Assembly: GCF_018977255.1 (NCBI RefSeq)
Contig: NW_024704743.1
Location: 114,144,001 to 114,208,000 of the forward strand
DNA length: 64,000 nt
Direction of reading: 5' to 3'
DNA from: Callorhinchus milii
Taxonomy: Eukaryota
Numbering within the stretch: position 1 is the first letter of the stretch; every line of letters begins with the position of its first letter. Both the position numbers and the translations under genes were made by a program. The notes beneath the pieces are model-generated. The model searched no databases, was not told the origin of the DNA, and saw only the letters and a program-made list of their open reading frames with translations. This document shows, one piece after another, positions 13,322 through 24,292 of this stretch.

Positions 13322-14133
13322 CTACCCCTCTGGATTGAAGTTCTCTGGTATTTCCTCACCGCTGTTCTGTGGCTCTTCCTGAAGCTCTTCGTTCCCGCTG
13401 ACCTTGCCTTCTGAAGGAATTGCTAAGGCCTCACGATAAAAAGGACTGACAGAATGAGCAGGAAGATAGGCTTGATCTTCAAGAATGTCCTCCTCCTCCC
13501 CCCGCACTTGATTTTGCTGACCTGTCAGAGGAAGCATGCCGCTCTGCTGCAGAAAGAAGCTGTTTCTGGCTTCGATTTCCCTCAGGCCGTTGCCGCTGAA
13601 GCCTGAACCATTTTCAATATCCTCCCATTCTTTTATCAACTCTTGTCTCCACCATTCAGAACTGGAAACATGGTTCTCAGGTATGTGATTGTGATTCATC
13701 ATTTCCACCTTTGGGCTGTCACCCCCTGTGTCAGTCACACTTGAGTCTGTAGATATAGCAGGTTGTGTCTCTTTTATCTCCCAATCAATCATCCCACTGG
13801 ATTCATCCTCTGGCTCAGTTGGGGACCCATTTCCCGAGATGGAAAGCGGAGATGATGCCATGTCCAGGGGGGCAGTGTCAATGGTCAACAGATCCTTGTT
13901 TAGCGCAATGGTCTCAGAAGTGTGTCCAGGAGAAGATTTCAGCAGTGCAAACATCCTATCTACATCCTTCCAGTAATTAGTCCAGTCTCCAAGGCTAAGG
14001 CTATAATTATTCCTGTTGTCAAACAAGCTTTCATCCACACTGTACAAATTTTCAAGTCCTTCCCAGTTGATATTTTCTGTGAAGTTTGGCAGTTTCTGCA
14101 GACTAACCTTCCCATCCGTCCCATAATTGTCCT
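13322..14133 (-). CDS. SULF1: SULF1 terminal exon, alternative long reading frame (about 270 aa acidic C-terminal extension)
   Basis: Uninterrupted 812-nt frame from the acceptor ggcag|AG GAC AAT to TAG; entered in phase 1, which matches the donor at 22349. Confidence 0.75.
14103..14133 (-). CDS. SULF1: SULF1 terminal exon, canonical short frame (GQLWDGWEG*)
   Basis: ggcag|A GGA CAA TTA TGG GAC GGA TGG GAA GGT TAG, matching the known SULF1 C-terminus. Confidence 0.93.
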
Positions 14134-14491
14134 CTGCCGGCAGAAACAGACACTTTGAATAGATTACACAAACATAATGCACATCCACTGCTGCTGACGC
14201 ACTGTGTTTGCATGCAAACATGCATCTAACACCAAATGGTTATTCAAAGTAATATTAGAAACAGCCCGTCCACCATGCCGAGACCTTCAAGCAAAGCCAC
14301 CCAGCAGGAAAAGGTGTAAAAGTATGACTGCAATGCACAATGTAAAACAGGAGACAACAAATAAAAAAGAATCCTTATTAAGAGAAATAACTACCTGAGC
14401 ACAGATACAGAACCATTATCAATGCCAAACCTCACCGTATTCTTATGTGTCAATACATTCATTATAAACTGACTGTCCAATTTCACAAGCC

Positions 14492-14808
14492 TAGGGAGAC
14501 ATTCAACCTGGGTCTAGATTTACTCTATTTTGCTTACAAAATACACCTCTACTACACGTTACAGTAAATCCTGTGAGGCACTTAGGCACATGCTCTTGAC
14601 ACGAAAGGCGCTATATCAAATGCAAAGATTATTTATTATTATTCATATAGCATTCTGGTTTATCCAGAAATTTGCAAATTCTTAAATGCTGCTTTAATTT
14701 TAAGTTCTTGAAAGTTAAGACTGAATTCAACAATTTTCCAAATTCTGGATGCTCTGAAATACTGCATAAATAAGAGTAAATCCAGACTCAGGCGGAATTT
14801 CTCCCCTA
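14492..14808. mobile_element. MITE-like element with about 35-bp TIRs and a nested SINE tail
   Basis: tagggagacattcaacctgggtctagatttactct ... agagtaaatccagactcaggcggaatttctccccta; SINE tail at about 14535-14645. Confidence 0.78.
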
Positions 14809-16829
14809 CAGAGCTTCTGCTGTAATGCACTTTACACCCAATCTCATGACATTACCATCAAATAGCATTTTGTAAGCAACACAATTTAAATATATTGCCA
14901 TGGGCCAATTCTACTTATTATTATTATTACATCAGATTCAGATCGACCAGAAAATGAAAGATCAACTGGTTACTTCTTAAGCCACATCCAGCTGTGGGTT
15001 CTTTCGAATGAAATTCTATGGCATGATTTGAAAGGCTTGGATCATGTCTCAAATATAAACTGCTGAAGTCTGGACTTTTACTTCCAAGTGAAAAATATTG
15101 AATAACCCATTTGGATGAAAAATACATTGACCTCATTGCATTATTAGGCCAAGACACTGTCTCTGTCCTGCTTGCTGCTTAAACTACATCAAGAATTTGC
15201 AAGTCATTTAGATACTTTCTTTATCCGTTGTCATATGCTTCCCCAACTTCCCCGGTCCTTGGCTCCTCATGAAATTCCTAAAAGTGATGTTTTATAACTA
15301 GAAACAGAAGACGCTATAAAAAATAAGTAAAAAAAACTTAATTATTCCAAACAAACACTTTGTAATGCAGTGCGAGTGGTCTAGACCATACACTGTCAGA
15401 CCAAACGTGTAAAAGCAAGGGCCCCATGCGGTGAGTGTGGGGCCTGCCAGAGTTAGGAAGTGGTGGAAGCTGAAATCCAAAAATGAAACCAACAGAAAAT
15501 AGCCAGGAGAATTGAGCTTCATGCCTTGGTTTGGATAATTCAGATAGATGACTGATATAAGATGTCTCCTCAGGAAATTACTATGAAAGACATTGTGGTT
15601 AAAAATATAGGGTCAACAGAAAAGGATGTAGTAGCGAGCAATGGTATGGACGCACATACTAAATACATGTTATTGACATAATGGACAAGAAGAAATGAAG
15701 TCAGTCGGTCAGTGGCATTGGTTGATATAAACTCAGCACTAAAACCACATCAGGCTAAACGCATGCACTGTGCAGGCTTCACAAAGTAGGATTAAAAATA
15801 CAATAATAATGCTTACATTTTATACAGTGCCTTTCACGTCGGGAGGACGTCTCAAAGTACTTTACGGGATGTACTGTAAAGTGGTGTGACGATGTATTTT
15901 GTGGGCGAATGTGGAAGCCAATTTGTGCACAGCTGGTGCCACAAACAATCATACAGTGAAAGACCAATTTTTTATTTGGGGGCCGGATACCGGAATTAGC
16001 TCCTTCTTTTAACTGTTTATTAACCATGGTCAGGAACAAACAGTTAAACGAGAGGTAAATAGTGACAGATTATCGGATCAGTACAATTGCTACCGTAAAT
16101 AACAAGATTTTTTTCACTCCTAGTAAGTGACACAAATGGGAACCAAATATATTTTTCTTTCAGTAACTCTTCATAGGTACTCCTGTTTTCTTGGTTCTTT
16201 TGGCCATCTTTCTGCCCCGCCCCTTGGCTCTGACCTACATGGACCAACTTCTCCCTCAACCCCACCCCATCAACCCACCCCACCTCCAAAAAAGACAAGC
16301 CTTAAGGAAACACCACAAAGTGGGGTTTTAGTAAGAATCTTATAGCTTCTGAGTACACAGAATTTGACAAGAAATAAATATAAACATTAATACAGAGGAT
16401 AACACTGTCCCTAGAGAAAAATCAAAGCAGAACCTTCCTTTCATCCCCGTTGCTCTCTACCATCTAAAAGCACCCTATATGGCGCACTTTAGCAAAGACG
16501 TGATTGTACATGCAGCAGAACGTGACAAGTGATCATTTCCTTGCTGTCCCAAACTTGCAATTGCAGCTAATATCGTTGCTGACTCCGCCACTGTTCAGTG
16601 CTCAGGCCAGCGTGAAGGGCGCTATATAAAATGCATGTTGTTGTTGCTGTTGATGCTGTTTGATGACTCCTTTATCATGACCTGAAATAACACACATTTC
16701 GGATGGCAACATTTTTGTAGCTGATACATTTCAGCCCAAAAACGAGAGTGATGCAATTTACACTCAAGACTAAAGAAGCAGCCATGTGACAAATTGAAAA
16801 TTTTTAAGATACAGCTTTTCGTCACTCAC

Positions 16830-16883
16830 AAGGACTTGAAACTGGGCCTCCTCAACTTTGGCCACTTCCGATGCTGCTGCAGC
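16830..16883 (-). CDS. SULF1: SULF1 candidate 54-nt cassette exon (LQQHRKWPKLRRPSFKSL)
   Basis: ctgactgtcag|G CTG CAG...TCC TT|gtgagt; phase 2-2; the peptide resembles the SULF2 segment QFQRRKWPEMKRPSSKSL that precedes GQLWEGWEG. Confidence 0.85.
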
Positions 16884-17403
16884 CTGACAGTCAGGTAGCA
16901 GGAGTAAAAAGAGGCAAAGATCAAATAGTAAGATGTTAAGAATAACAGGAAAATAGGTACACAAACCTATTTCTGGACATCTATAGAAAGAAAGTTACGT
17001 GCCACTGTTCAAAACAAATGTTTAATTATTCGCCAAGCAATTCATATTAAGTTTTTTAAGTCACTGGTTGTTTTCTTAGCATTTTTTAAATGTATCTGTT
17101 TTCACATTTGTTCTTATAGTCTTCCTTGCACTGCATTCAGTTTGCTGTCTGATCAGAAAGCTTTACTGCTGAATTCATCTAATTGCCCACTAGGAAGTGC
17201 AGGAGGGCTTGGGGTGATGCTTTGCTTGACAACAGCATTGTCAAAGCAGGGAATTAATGTGTAGGCAAGTGGAAATATGAAGTCCCATCTCAGGACTCTG
17301 GCACCTCTGGACGTGTGTGCATTCAAGAGCTGTCTGTCCACGCTGTTCAGTGAATTCATATTGGACCCCTGAAGACAATACACTTTCTGCACACTCAGCT
17401 TAC

Positions 17404-17564
17404 CTGTATTATTTACTCTCAAGTTTCCAATGATAAGCAGGTGGCAAAAGCATAGCAAAATAATCCACACGGACCCTAGAACATGTGAAGAGTTTTCAAA
17501 TTTCTTCAAAGCTCTTGAGGATTTCGATAGACTAGAGTAGATTTGACTGCTGGTCAGCACATGA
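17404..17564 (-). CDS. SULF1: SULF1 candidate 161-nt cassette exon encoding a hydrophobic segment
   Basis: gttttttgtttag|T CAT GTG...AAT ACA G|gtaagc; open when joined to the 34-nt exon; contains VLGSVWIILLCFCHLLIIG. Confidence 0.5.
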
Positions 17565-17742
17565 CTAAACAAAAAACGCAACAGTAAAGCCGCTACCTCA
17601 ATACCCCACAATGTGGTCAACACTGATCACCCAGGAGTGATCCCAGCTTTCAGTGATCCCAGCTTTCAGTGTGTGTGTGTGTGTGTGTGTTGGTGGGAGT
17701 ATATGGGAGGGGGGAGGGGAGAGGGGAGAAGGGAAAGTTCAC

Positions 17743-17785
17743 CTTTCCTGCAACCAATTAATCCATAAAATTCATAATCAAAACA
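17743..17785 (-). other. Candidate SULF1 5-nt microexon GAAAG (17743-17747) or 43-nt exon sharing one donor
   Basis: ttgcag|GAAAG|gtgaac; an upstream acceptor tgtag| would give SVLIMNFMD*. Confidence 0.35.
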
Positions 17786-18252
17786 CTACATTTAAACCAG
17801 GGTTTAGATTTTATCGCAGCGCAGAATCCTTATAAAAAAATTTCTATACTTATTTTGGTCTTGAATTAGTGAGTGCGTGTTAAGCGTGTGCACATGTGAA
17901 GGAAGTATGTGGTAGGGAGAATGGGAGTGCACACAGACTCAGCAGTAAGCAATCAAGCATTTTGACTTGCACTCAAAGTGACTTGCACCTTCAAAGAGCA
18001 ACGCGCAAACTGAACTGGAACCACAACAAAGTTAGGACTCCTGCGTGTCACAAAGAGCAGCGATAAGAATGGCAGATGGTCTGAAAACAAAGGTTAAACT
18101 GCTATTTGTTAACAGAATGAATGGGCATGCATCAAAAGAGTGTTGAGTATAAACACACAAACAAAACAAAAAAGGAAAATTAGCTTCAATGGCCCAGCTC
18201 ATGCAATTGGTTTGAAAAAAAGGTGTTGAAGAGAATAATAAAGGGTGGATAC

Positions 18253-18286
18253 CTGTGTTGATCAAAGCTTCCTCCATCTTTATTTC
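18253..18286 (-). CDS. SULF1: SULF1 34-nt exon (GNKDGGSFDQHR)
   Basis: cctaatcag|GA AAT AAA GAT GGA GGA AGC TTT GAT CAA CAC AG|gtatcc; corresponds to GNKDGGSYDLHR of mammalian SULF1. Confidence 0.93.
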
Positions 18287-18671
18287 CTGATTAGGAAAAT
18301 AGAAGAGTAATTCTTGTTAATTTTTTTAGAACTGTAAAATTATTCACAATGTATCTGTCCATGCATTACCTAAAGAGAAATGTAATACGGTTAAAGTAGA
18401 AATAGAAAAAAATAAGTAACTCTTCAGCACAAGAATTAATCCAGAGGCAATGACTTGGGGAAACTCGAGAGCAATAGAAAGTGCACATATTCTCATGTAA
18501 CTAAAAGACATATTAATACAAACTAGTCTAGTTAGGAAGTTAAGTTTAACACACTTTTATTTAACCGTAATATTCAGTTAACCTCAGAATGAGCGAGACT
18601 CCAGAAGTGAATGATCGGACAATGTTTGGATAATTCCTGCCATTCCTGGACTTGTGACGGCCCTTTGGTTC

Positions 18672-18993
18672 AATAATAATAATAATAATAATCCTTGTAT
18701 TTGATATAGCGCTTTTCACGTCGGGAGGACGTCCCAAAGCGCTTCACAAAACACACTGTAAAGTGAATTGACTGTATATTTGTGGGCGAATGCGGCAGCC
18801 AATTGCGCACAGCAGTGTCCCACAAACAGTCGTAGATTGAAAATGACCAATTTATTATTGTTTTTGGTTTTGGAGGGATTATTATTAGGCGTGTGGAGCA
18901 AGGAAACTTGCCCAAGGTTTCGCCCTGCCTGGAATTGAACTGAGGTCTCTCACTTGCAAAGCGAGTGCTCTAACCACTGAGCTACAGGACTCC
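18672..18993 (-). mobile_element. SINE family A copy
   Basis: Reverse complement of 4687-5063 with an internal deletion; head ggagtcctgtagctcagtggttagagcac. Confidence 0.88.
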
Positions 18994-20084
18994 ACAATGT
19001 CTTCTCATATGGCTCAACTTTGGTCCAAATTCTGTAATCACTGCCATATGTATCCTCAGCCCTGAGAGGAATCACTAGTCACAACTCAAGTCATTTCCCT
19101 ATTCTCTCCCAGTAGCTCTTATTCGTAACTAGCCACTGAACTATTTTAAAATGACCTGGGAATCCAGATAGATTCTTGACCAGCCCACCTGGTTCATCAA
19201 TGATATGGAAGTATGGAGCTCGAACAAGTGAGCTAAAGCCTTGGCTGCACAAGTTAACAATTGGTGGAAACTTATCTATAGCAACTATCTCTTCACATGA
19301 ATGTACTAATAGAGGATACAGCAACCCCTGTCGCTGCCAAATTACCAAATACATACGGCTGATTCTGTCTCAGGATACCCGAATGACAAAGTATAAAGTA
19401 CATGTACAAACCAATCACCCTGTGGTCACTGCTGCTGAATGTATCTCCTTTCACACTAATCGACTTCCAATGAGCCAACCTTCTTCCTTCAAACTTCAAT
19501 TCTGTGTTCTACTGTTCTACCTGACTACATACAAACTAAAACCCTCATAATACTCAGCTGCTATCCATCCCAGAATCTATCACCAGCCGCAGGGCACTCT
19601 GTGTGGTTAAAACCAACACAAACGGCCACAGACTGAGAGTTAGCATCATCGCTTTGTCTAGCTACATTCTGCACTTTTGTGGGGTTCCATGTCGTACAGT
19701 ACATGATTTAGCCCCACTTGAAGAAGCCAGTTAAATGCCCGGGGGTTATAAATGAATAGAAAACAACACATGCAGTTAAAGACTGACTAGCGAGTGTAAC
19801 ATTTCTATGAGATGCCAATATGCCCGTTGAGGTAGAGAATAAAAGATCTAAATTGCGGTATTTCCAAATCGGACAAACGGGGGTTCCTTCCAGTTCCTTC
19901 CTTCACTCTGACGTGACTTGAGTTCAGAGTGGAGATCTTGCAAGCCAGAGGGGAATTCTAACAAGATTCCTTAATAAGGAATTCCTTAATAAGGAATCTT
20001 TTATTCTTTAATAAGGAATCTGAGTAAAATTGACTTTTTGAGCAGCTATTGCAGTGATCCTTGAATTGAAAATACAAAGATAAA

Positions 20085-20700
20085 GCACCTTTCACATCGG
20101 GAGGACTCCCCAAGGTGGAGGGGAGAGTGGCTGAAGGCATGGTCGAAGAGGAGGGTCTTGAGACGTGCCAGGCAGTGGAAGGGCAATGATGCTGTTTTTA
20201 AGGGGATGGGAACAATGTCAGAGGACAGCACGGAAACCCGATTGGAGGGGTTCGTATAGGGAGTGACAGGAGAGCAAGGAGTGAAGCTGGGAAGCAATGG
20301 CTCATTCAAGGACCTTGGAAAGGAAAGGGAGGTTGGAGATGGGGCAGTAATTTGAGAGCAGAGATAGATCCAGGGAAGATTTTTTGAGGATAGGGGTGAT
20401 GATCGCTGTTGTTAAGGATGTGGGAATGGTGTCATTGGACAAGGAGAGGTTAATGAGGTCTGTGAGTAGAGGGGTAAGGAGGTGGAGTTGGGAGGTAAGG
20501 AGAGGGATAGGGATAGGGTTGAGGGAGCAGGTGGTGGATTTCATGTGGGCTGTAATGGTGGTGAGAGAGAGGGGGAGACATGTTTGAAGGTGGAGGGAGG
20601 GATGGGTAGGAGCCAGAATGTGAGGGGGCGATGGGGAGGGGGTAGCAGTTGATTGAGTTTCTGTTATCTCCATGGAAAAATTCTCTTATGTTGAAAGCTG
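20085..20700 (-). mobile_element. L2-clade LINE fragment (ORF2 piece plus 3' end)
   Basis: MKSTTCSLNPIP...AIITPILKKSSLDLSLLSNYCPISNLPFLSKVLE is an L2 ORF2 motif; L2-like tail at 20085-20180. Confidence 0.85.
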
Positions 20701-20934
20701 GCATTTAGTCATTGGCTAAGAACAGCAACAGAAATAAAACTTTGGGCTATAGAATGGGCTATAGTATCTTCCATCTATAGTACTGCAAGGCAATGTACAA
20801 ATGGTCTTGCCACACACTCAAGATTCAATCCAGTCTAGGATTGAATCCGCAGAAAAGGTAATGTAGAGACATGAACCAGTCTGTCCTGAAATCTAAAGAG
20901 CGAAGAGATAGGAGCTTCAACACAGGCTACCATC

Positions 20935-21190
20935 ATAATAATAATCCTTGCATTTATTATTGCGCCTCATTTCGTCTTCTAGACGTCTCAAAGTGCTTCA
21001 CAGAATATACTGTAAAGTGAATTGACTGTATATTTTGTGGGTGAAACACGGCAACCAATTGCGCACAGCAGTGTCCCACAAACAGTCGTGGATTGAGTGA
21101 CAAAATTATCATTTAAAAAATGTTTTTTTTGAAGAGATTATTACCTCCAGAAAATAATCCGCCAATCAACTAACAAACTGGGATTATTAC
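20935..21190 (-). mobile_element. SINE family A, 5'-truncated
   Basis: Core and tail match the other family A copies. Confidence 0.8.
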
Positions 21191-22348
21191 TGTTGGAAAA
21201 GCTTGTCGGTGCCATTAGTGATGGGAGCCTCTGAGAGCACGAGAATTAGTGGTCTCACATCAAACCCTGAGCCAGTGATTATGAAAATGCCTTCCAGCAT
21301 CAAGGATGCCCTCATAGCAGTGCAGCTCACAGTATAAGGCAGGCTTTGCTGGTGCTAAAGCACTAGCTCTTCAGCCTTCAGACCTTAGGCTATTGATGAA
21401 ACATAACCAGAGGGTAACTAGCAGTAACCACATAGCTTTAAGCAAGCATTAGATAGCTACAAACAGGATAACATAACATCCCAACCATTTCATTCAAGAG
21501 CATCCACAAAATCTGATCTTGTATCTCTGGTTACAGTAATAACTACAGCTTGTGTGCGACCATCCTTTTAAACTCTGAATAGTATTCAATGCTTGCTAAG
21601 TGTTAGTGGAGCATAAGCATGAGGTGAATGAACAGTCAGGCTTTGAGAGACCTTCAATAAATGAGAATGGACTTTCCTGCTATGGATATTTCTAAGGAAC
21701 AGGTATCATCAATACTCTTCCTATTGAACTTCCTGTAAGTAGTTACCTGATCCCCAATGTGTGAGCAAGTGAAAGCCGGGAACGCTTACTCGTGAATGCT
21801 TTTGAAAAAGGCAGAAAATATTTATTTTCATTTCTGCAGCAAAAGCGAAAGGTCTGAGCCAAACAGGGTTCATGAACCAACAATCTTCAATGCTGTGCCT
21901 GGAGCCATCCACTATCCACTGAAGCACCGCGATCTCTGTACTGGACTGAGCGTCAAATCCACCTAAAGTCACAAAGTCACATGTCTATGGATTTTGTTAT
22001 TCTAGGTGGATTTTTAAAATTCCATTTTAAGCATCTTTTAGCTGTCCAAACACGCTTCACAGAAATGTCACCAAACAATTACGACATGATACAAGAAATG
22101 AGTCACCAGAACCACCATTGTGGGGGTAGAAGGTAAAACTACATGGATCTGTCTGTTAAAAGGTTTATCATTCTATTTGAATCTACCAAGAAAACTGCAG
22201 AAACCAAATCCTTTGCTCACAAACGTAGAAGCTATTAGCACCAGGAGAAATGTGATGCCTTTTCACTGCTAAAAGTCGAAGGTTTCCTTTGAAGAGACAG
22301 AAATAAGGGAGAACCTTTTGGTTTCTTCAACCAAAAATCAGTCATTAC

Positions 22349-22472
22349 CTGCTTCCAGACCCTTTGGTCTTGGTGTGCACTGTTTGTGTCCCTTGCAACT
22401 TCGCAGTTCCATGAGTTGTGCGTGCAACTGGTTAAGAATTTCCCGCTCCAGCATGTGCACTGCATTAGTCAG
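22349..22472 (-). CDS. SULF1: SULF1 coding exon ([17 protein letters not shown]...KGLEA)
   Basis: tttcag|CTG...GCA G|gtaatg; 124 nt; ends in phase 1. Confidence 0.95.
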
Positions 22473-22525
22473 CTGAAACCACAAGAGCAGAAAGAGATGT
22501 GTGTGTTTGGTTGACAAATTTAAGA

Positions 22526-22797
22526 AACGCAGCAGCCAATTGCGCACAGCAGTGTTCCCACAAACCACCGTGGATTGAAGTTACCAATTTATTATCATTA
22601 CTTCTTTTTAAAGGAATTATTATCCCTGGAAAAGTGATCTGCCAATCGATTGACAACCGGGTTCCTTCTTATCGCTAGGTAAACAGAGGCGTGCGTGTGG
22701 AGTAAAGAAACTTGCCCAATATTTCTCCCTGCCGGGGATCAAACCCAGGTGTCTCACTTGCAAGGCGAGTGCTCTAACCACGGAGCTACAGGACTCC
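22526..22797 (-). mobile_element. SINE family A copy lacking its tail, about 50 bp from the SULF1 acceptor
   Basis: Head and core match family A. Confidence 0.85.
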
Positions 22798-23516
22798 TCC
22801 TAACTCCCAAACTTAACTCACCTCTCTGAACTCTCTCCAATGCAACCCGCCCTCTCCAAATGCGACCTTGTTAATGAGTTATATAATGTTAATAGCCTGC
22901 TTTAAACTGATTATAAAGATTTAGGGGGAAAAAAAAATCCCTGTTTTTAGCAGTCAGGATAAGTTAGGCTCTATCGCTAAGAATGGTCTGGACAGCAAGG
23001 GGTCCTGGGAGGAGCTGTGTGGAGCATAAGGGGAGTTCGAATGATGAACCTGAAACATTGGTGGACTTTTATTGGTGAACATTGAGCTTTGTGGAGGATA
23101 TTAGGTAATCATTGGTAAAATGCTTTTTCCTTTAATGTCCTGGTGCTTTGCCTTTACGTACTTTACAACAAAAAAAACTTAAAAGAAATGCAGAGCTGGG
23201 AAGAATTCTTTTGACTGCGTGTACGGTGTTATCAATCAACGTCAAGTAACCAGCGATTTCTCCAGGTTTATCATTCACTTCCTGCTTACATACTCTATGT
23301 CCCTATTTATGATACCTACATTGCTATTATTTTATAGCTGATATATATTTTATATAAAGCTTTGCAAATATGCCCTCGCACTTTTAAAGATCTGTTTTGT
23401 GTGAATTAAAATATTGTCAAAGCACAGAAAGTGAACATCCAGTGATTGATGCTGATGGTGATTGAGCATGTGTCCAAGAACCGACTTGTTCAGTCACATG
23501 CCAGTAATATCCTTAC

Positions 23517-23659
23517 CTGATAAGGATCACTGTTCATGTCAAAATATTCGAGGAAGCCAGTGGCGAACTCACAGAAGAGAGTGTTGTGCGTCTCATTAAT
23601 AGTCCGTAAACACCAGTAAGTATTATTGTTAGAACTTGTGCAGGCACAAAAGGATCCCA
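23517..23659 (-). CDS. SULF1: SULF1 coding exon ([19 protein letters not shown]...DPYQ)
   Basis: ttccag|TG GGA...TAT CAG|gtaagg; 143 nt. Confidence 0.96.
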
Positions 23660-24292
23660 CTGGAACGGAGAAAGGAAAAGATGTGTCAAGCGAGTTTTTA
23701 CGGGGGAGAAAAGCAACATTTCTACAGTTGCCAAAACTTTTTTGGCAGATTGCCACACAGCTGTGGCATGCAGCGTGTAGTACTGTGTATGTGTAGGCGA
23801 ATAATTCACAATAACAGCACCCAAACCAAAGGATACACCTGAAGGCATATAGATAAAGTAGCCTTTGGTTCAAGAGCAAATACCTTGTGCAGATTATAAA
23901 CCAAATAGATCAACAACAACAAAATTACATTTGTAAAGCGCCTTTCACGTCGGGAGGTGGTCCCAAGGCACTGGACAGACTGAGTTATGGACCCAAGCTG
24001 GGGGTCGATCAATTGCCTCATGTCATGTTAACCTTGGTTCTGACAGGCCGTGCCATGTAGGGCTATATCGCAGCTTTGCCCAGAGTGCTGAGGTCGGGCA
24101 CATTCCAGTGCGGATGCTCTCACAAGCTCCTCCTCTCCTTCTCCATTAAGCACCAAGTTCACACACAATCACATCACTTTCCAGTACATCCTGTGAAGCG
24201 AATTGAGACGTCTCAACGACATGATAAGGCGCTATATATTAAATGCAAAGATTGTTAAATTCCACGTTGCACATGAAGCAGCGCTGGCTTAC

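Noticed and set aside
14134..14221. Independent single-exon gene starting at MFACKHS (ORF 13322-14221)
   Set aside because: The first 29 codons are intronic, upstream of a clear acceptor, and the ORF track start is a GTG. The ORF is better explained as an alternative frame of the SULF1 terminal exon.
16830..16876. Internal CAG acceptors of the 54-nt exon as a route into the long frame
   Set aside because: The 47-nt and 44-nt forms hit TGA (CAA AGT TGA) before the donor.
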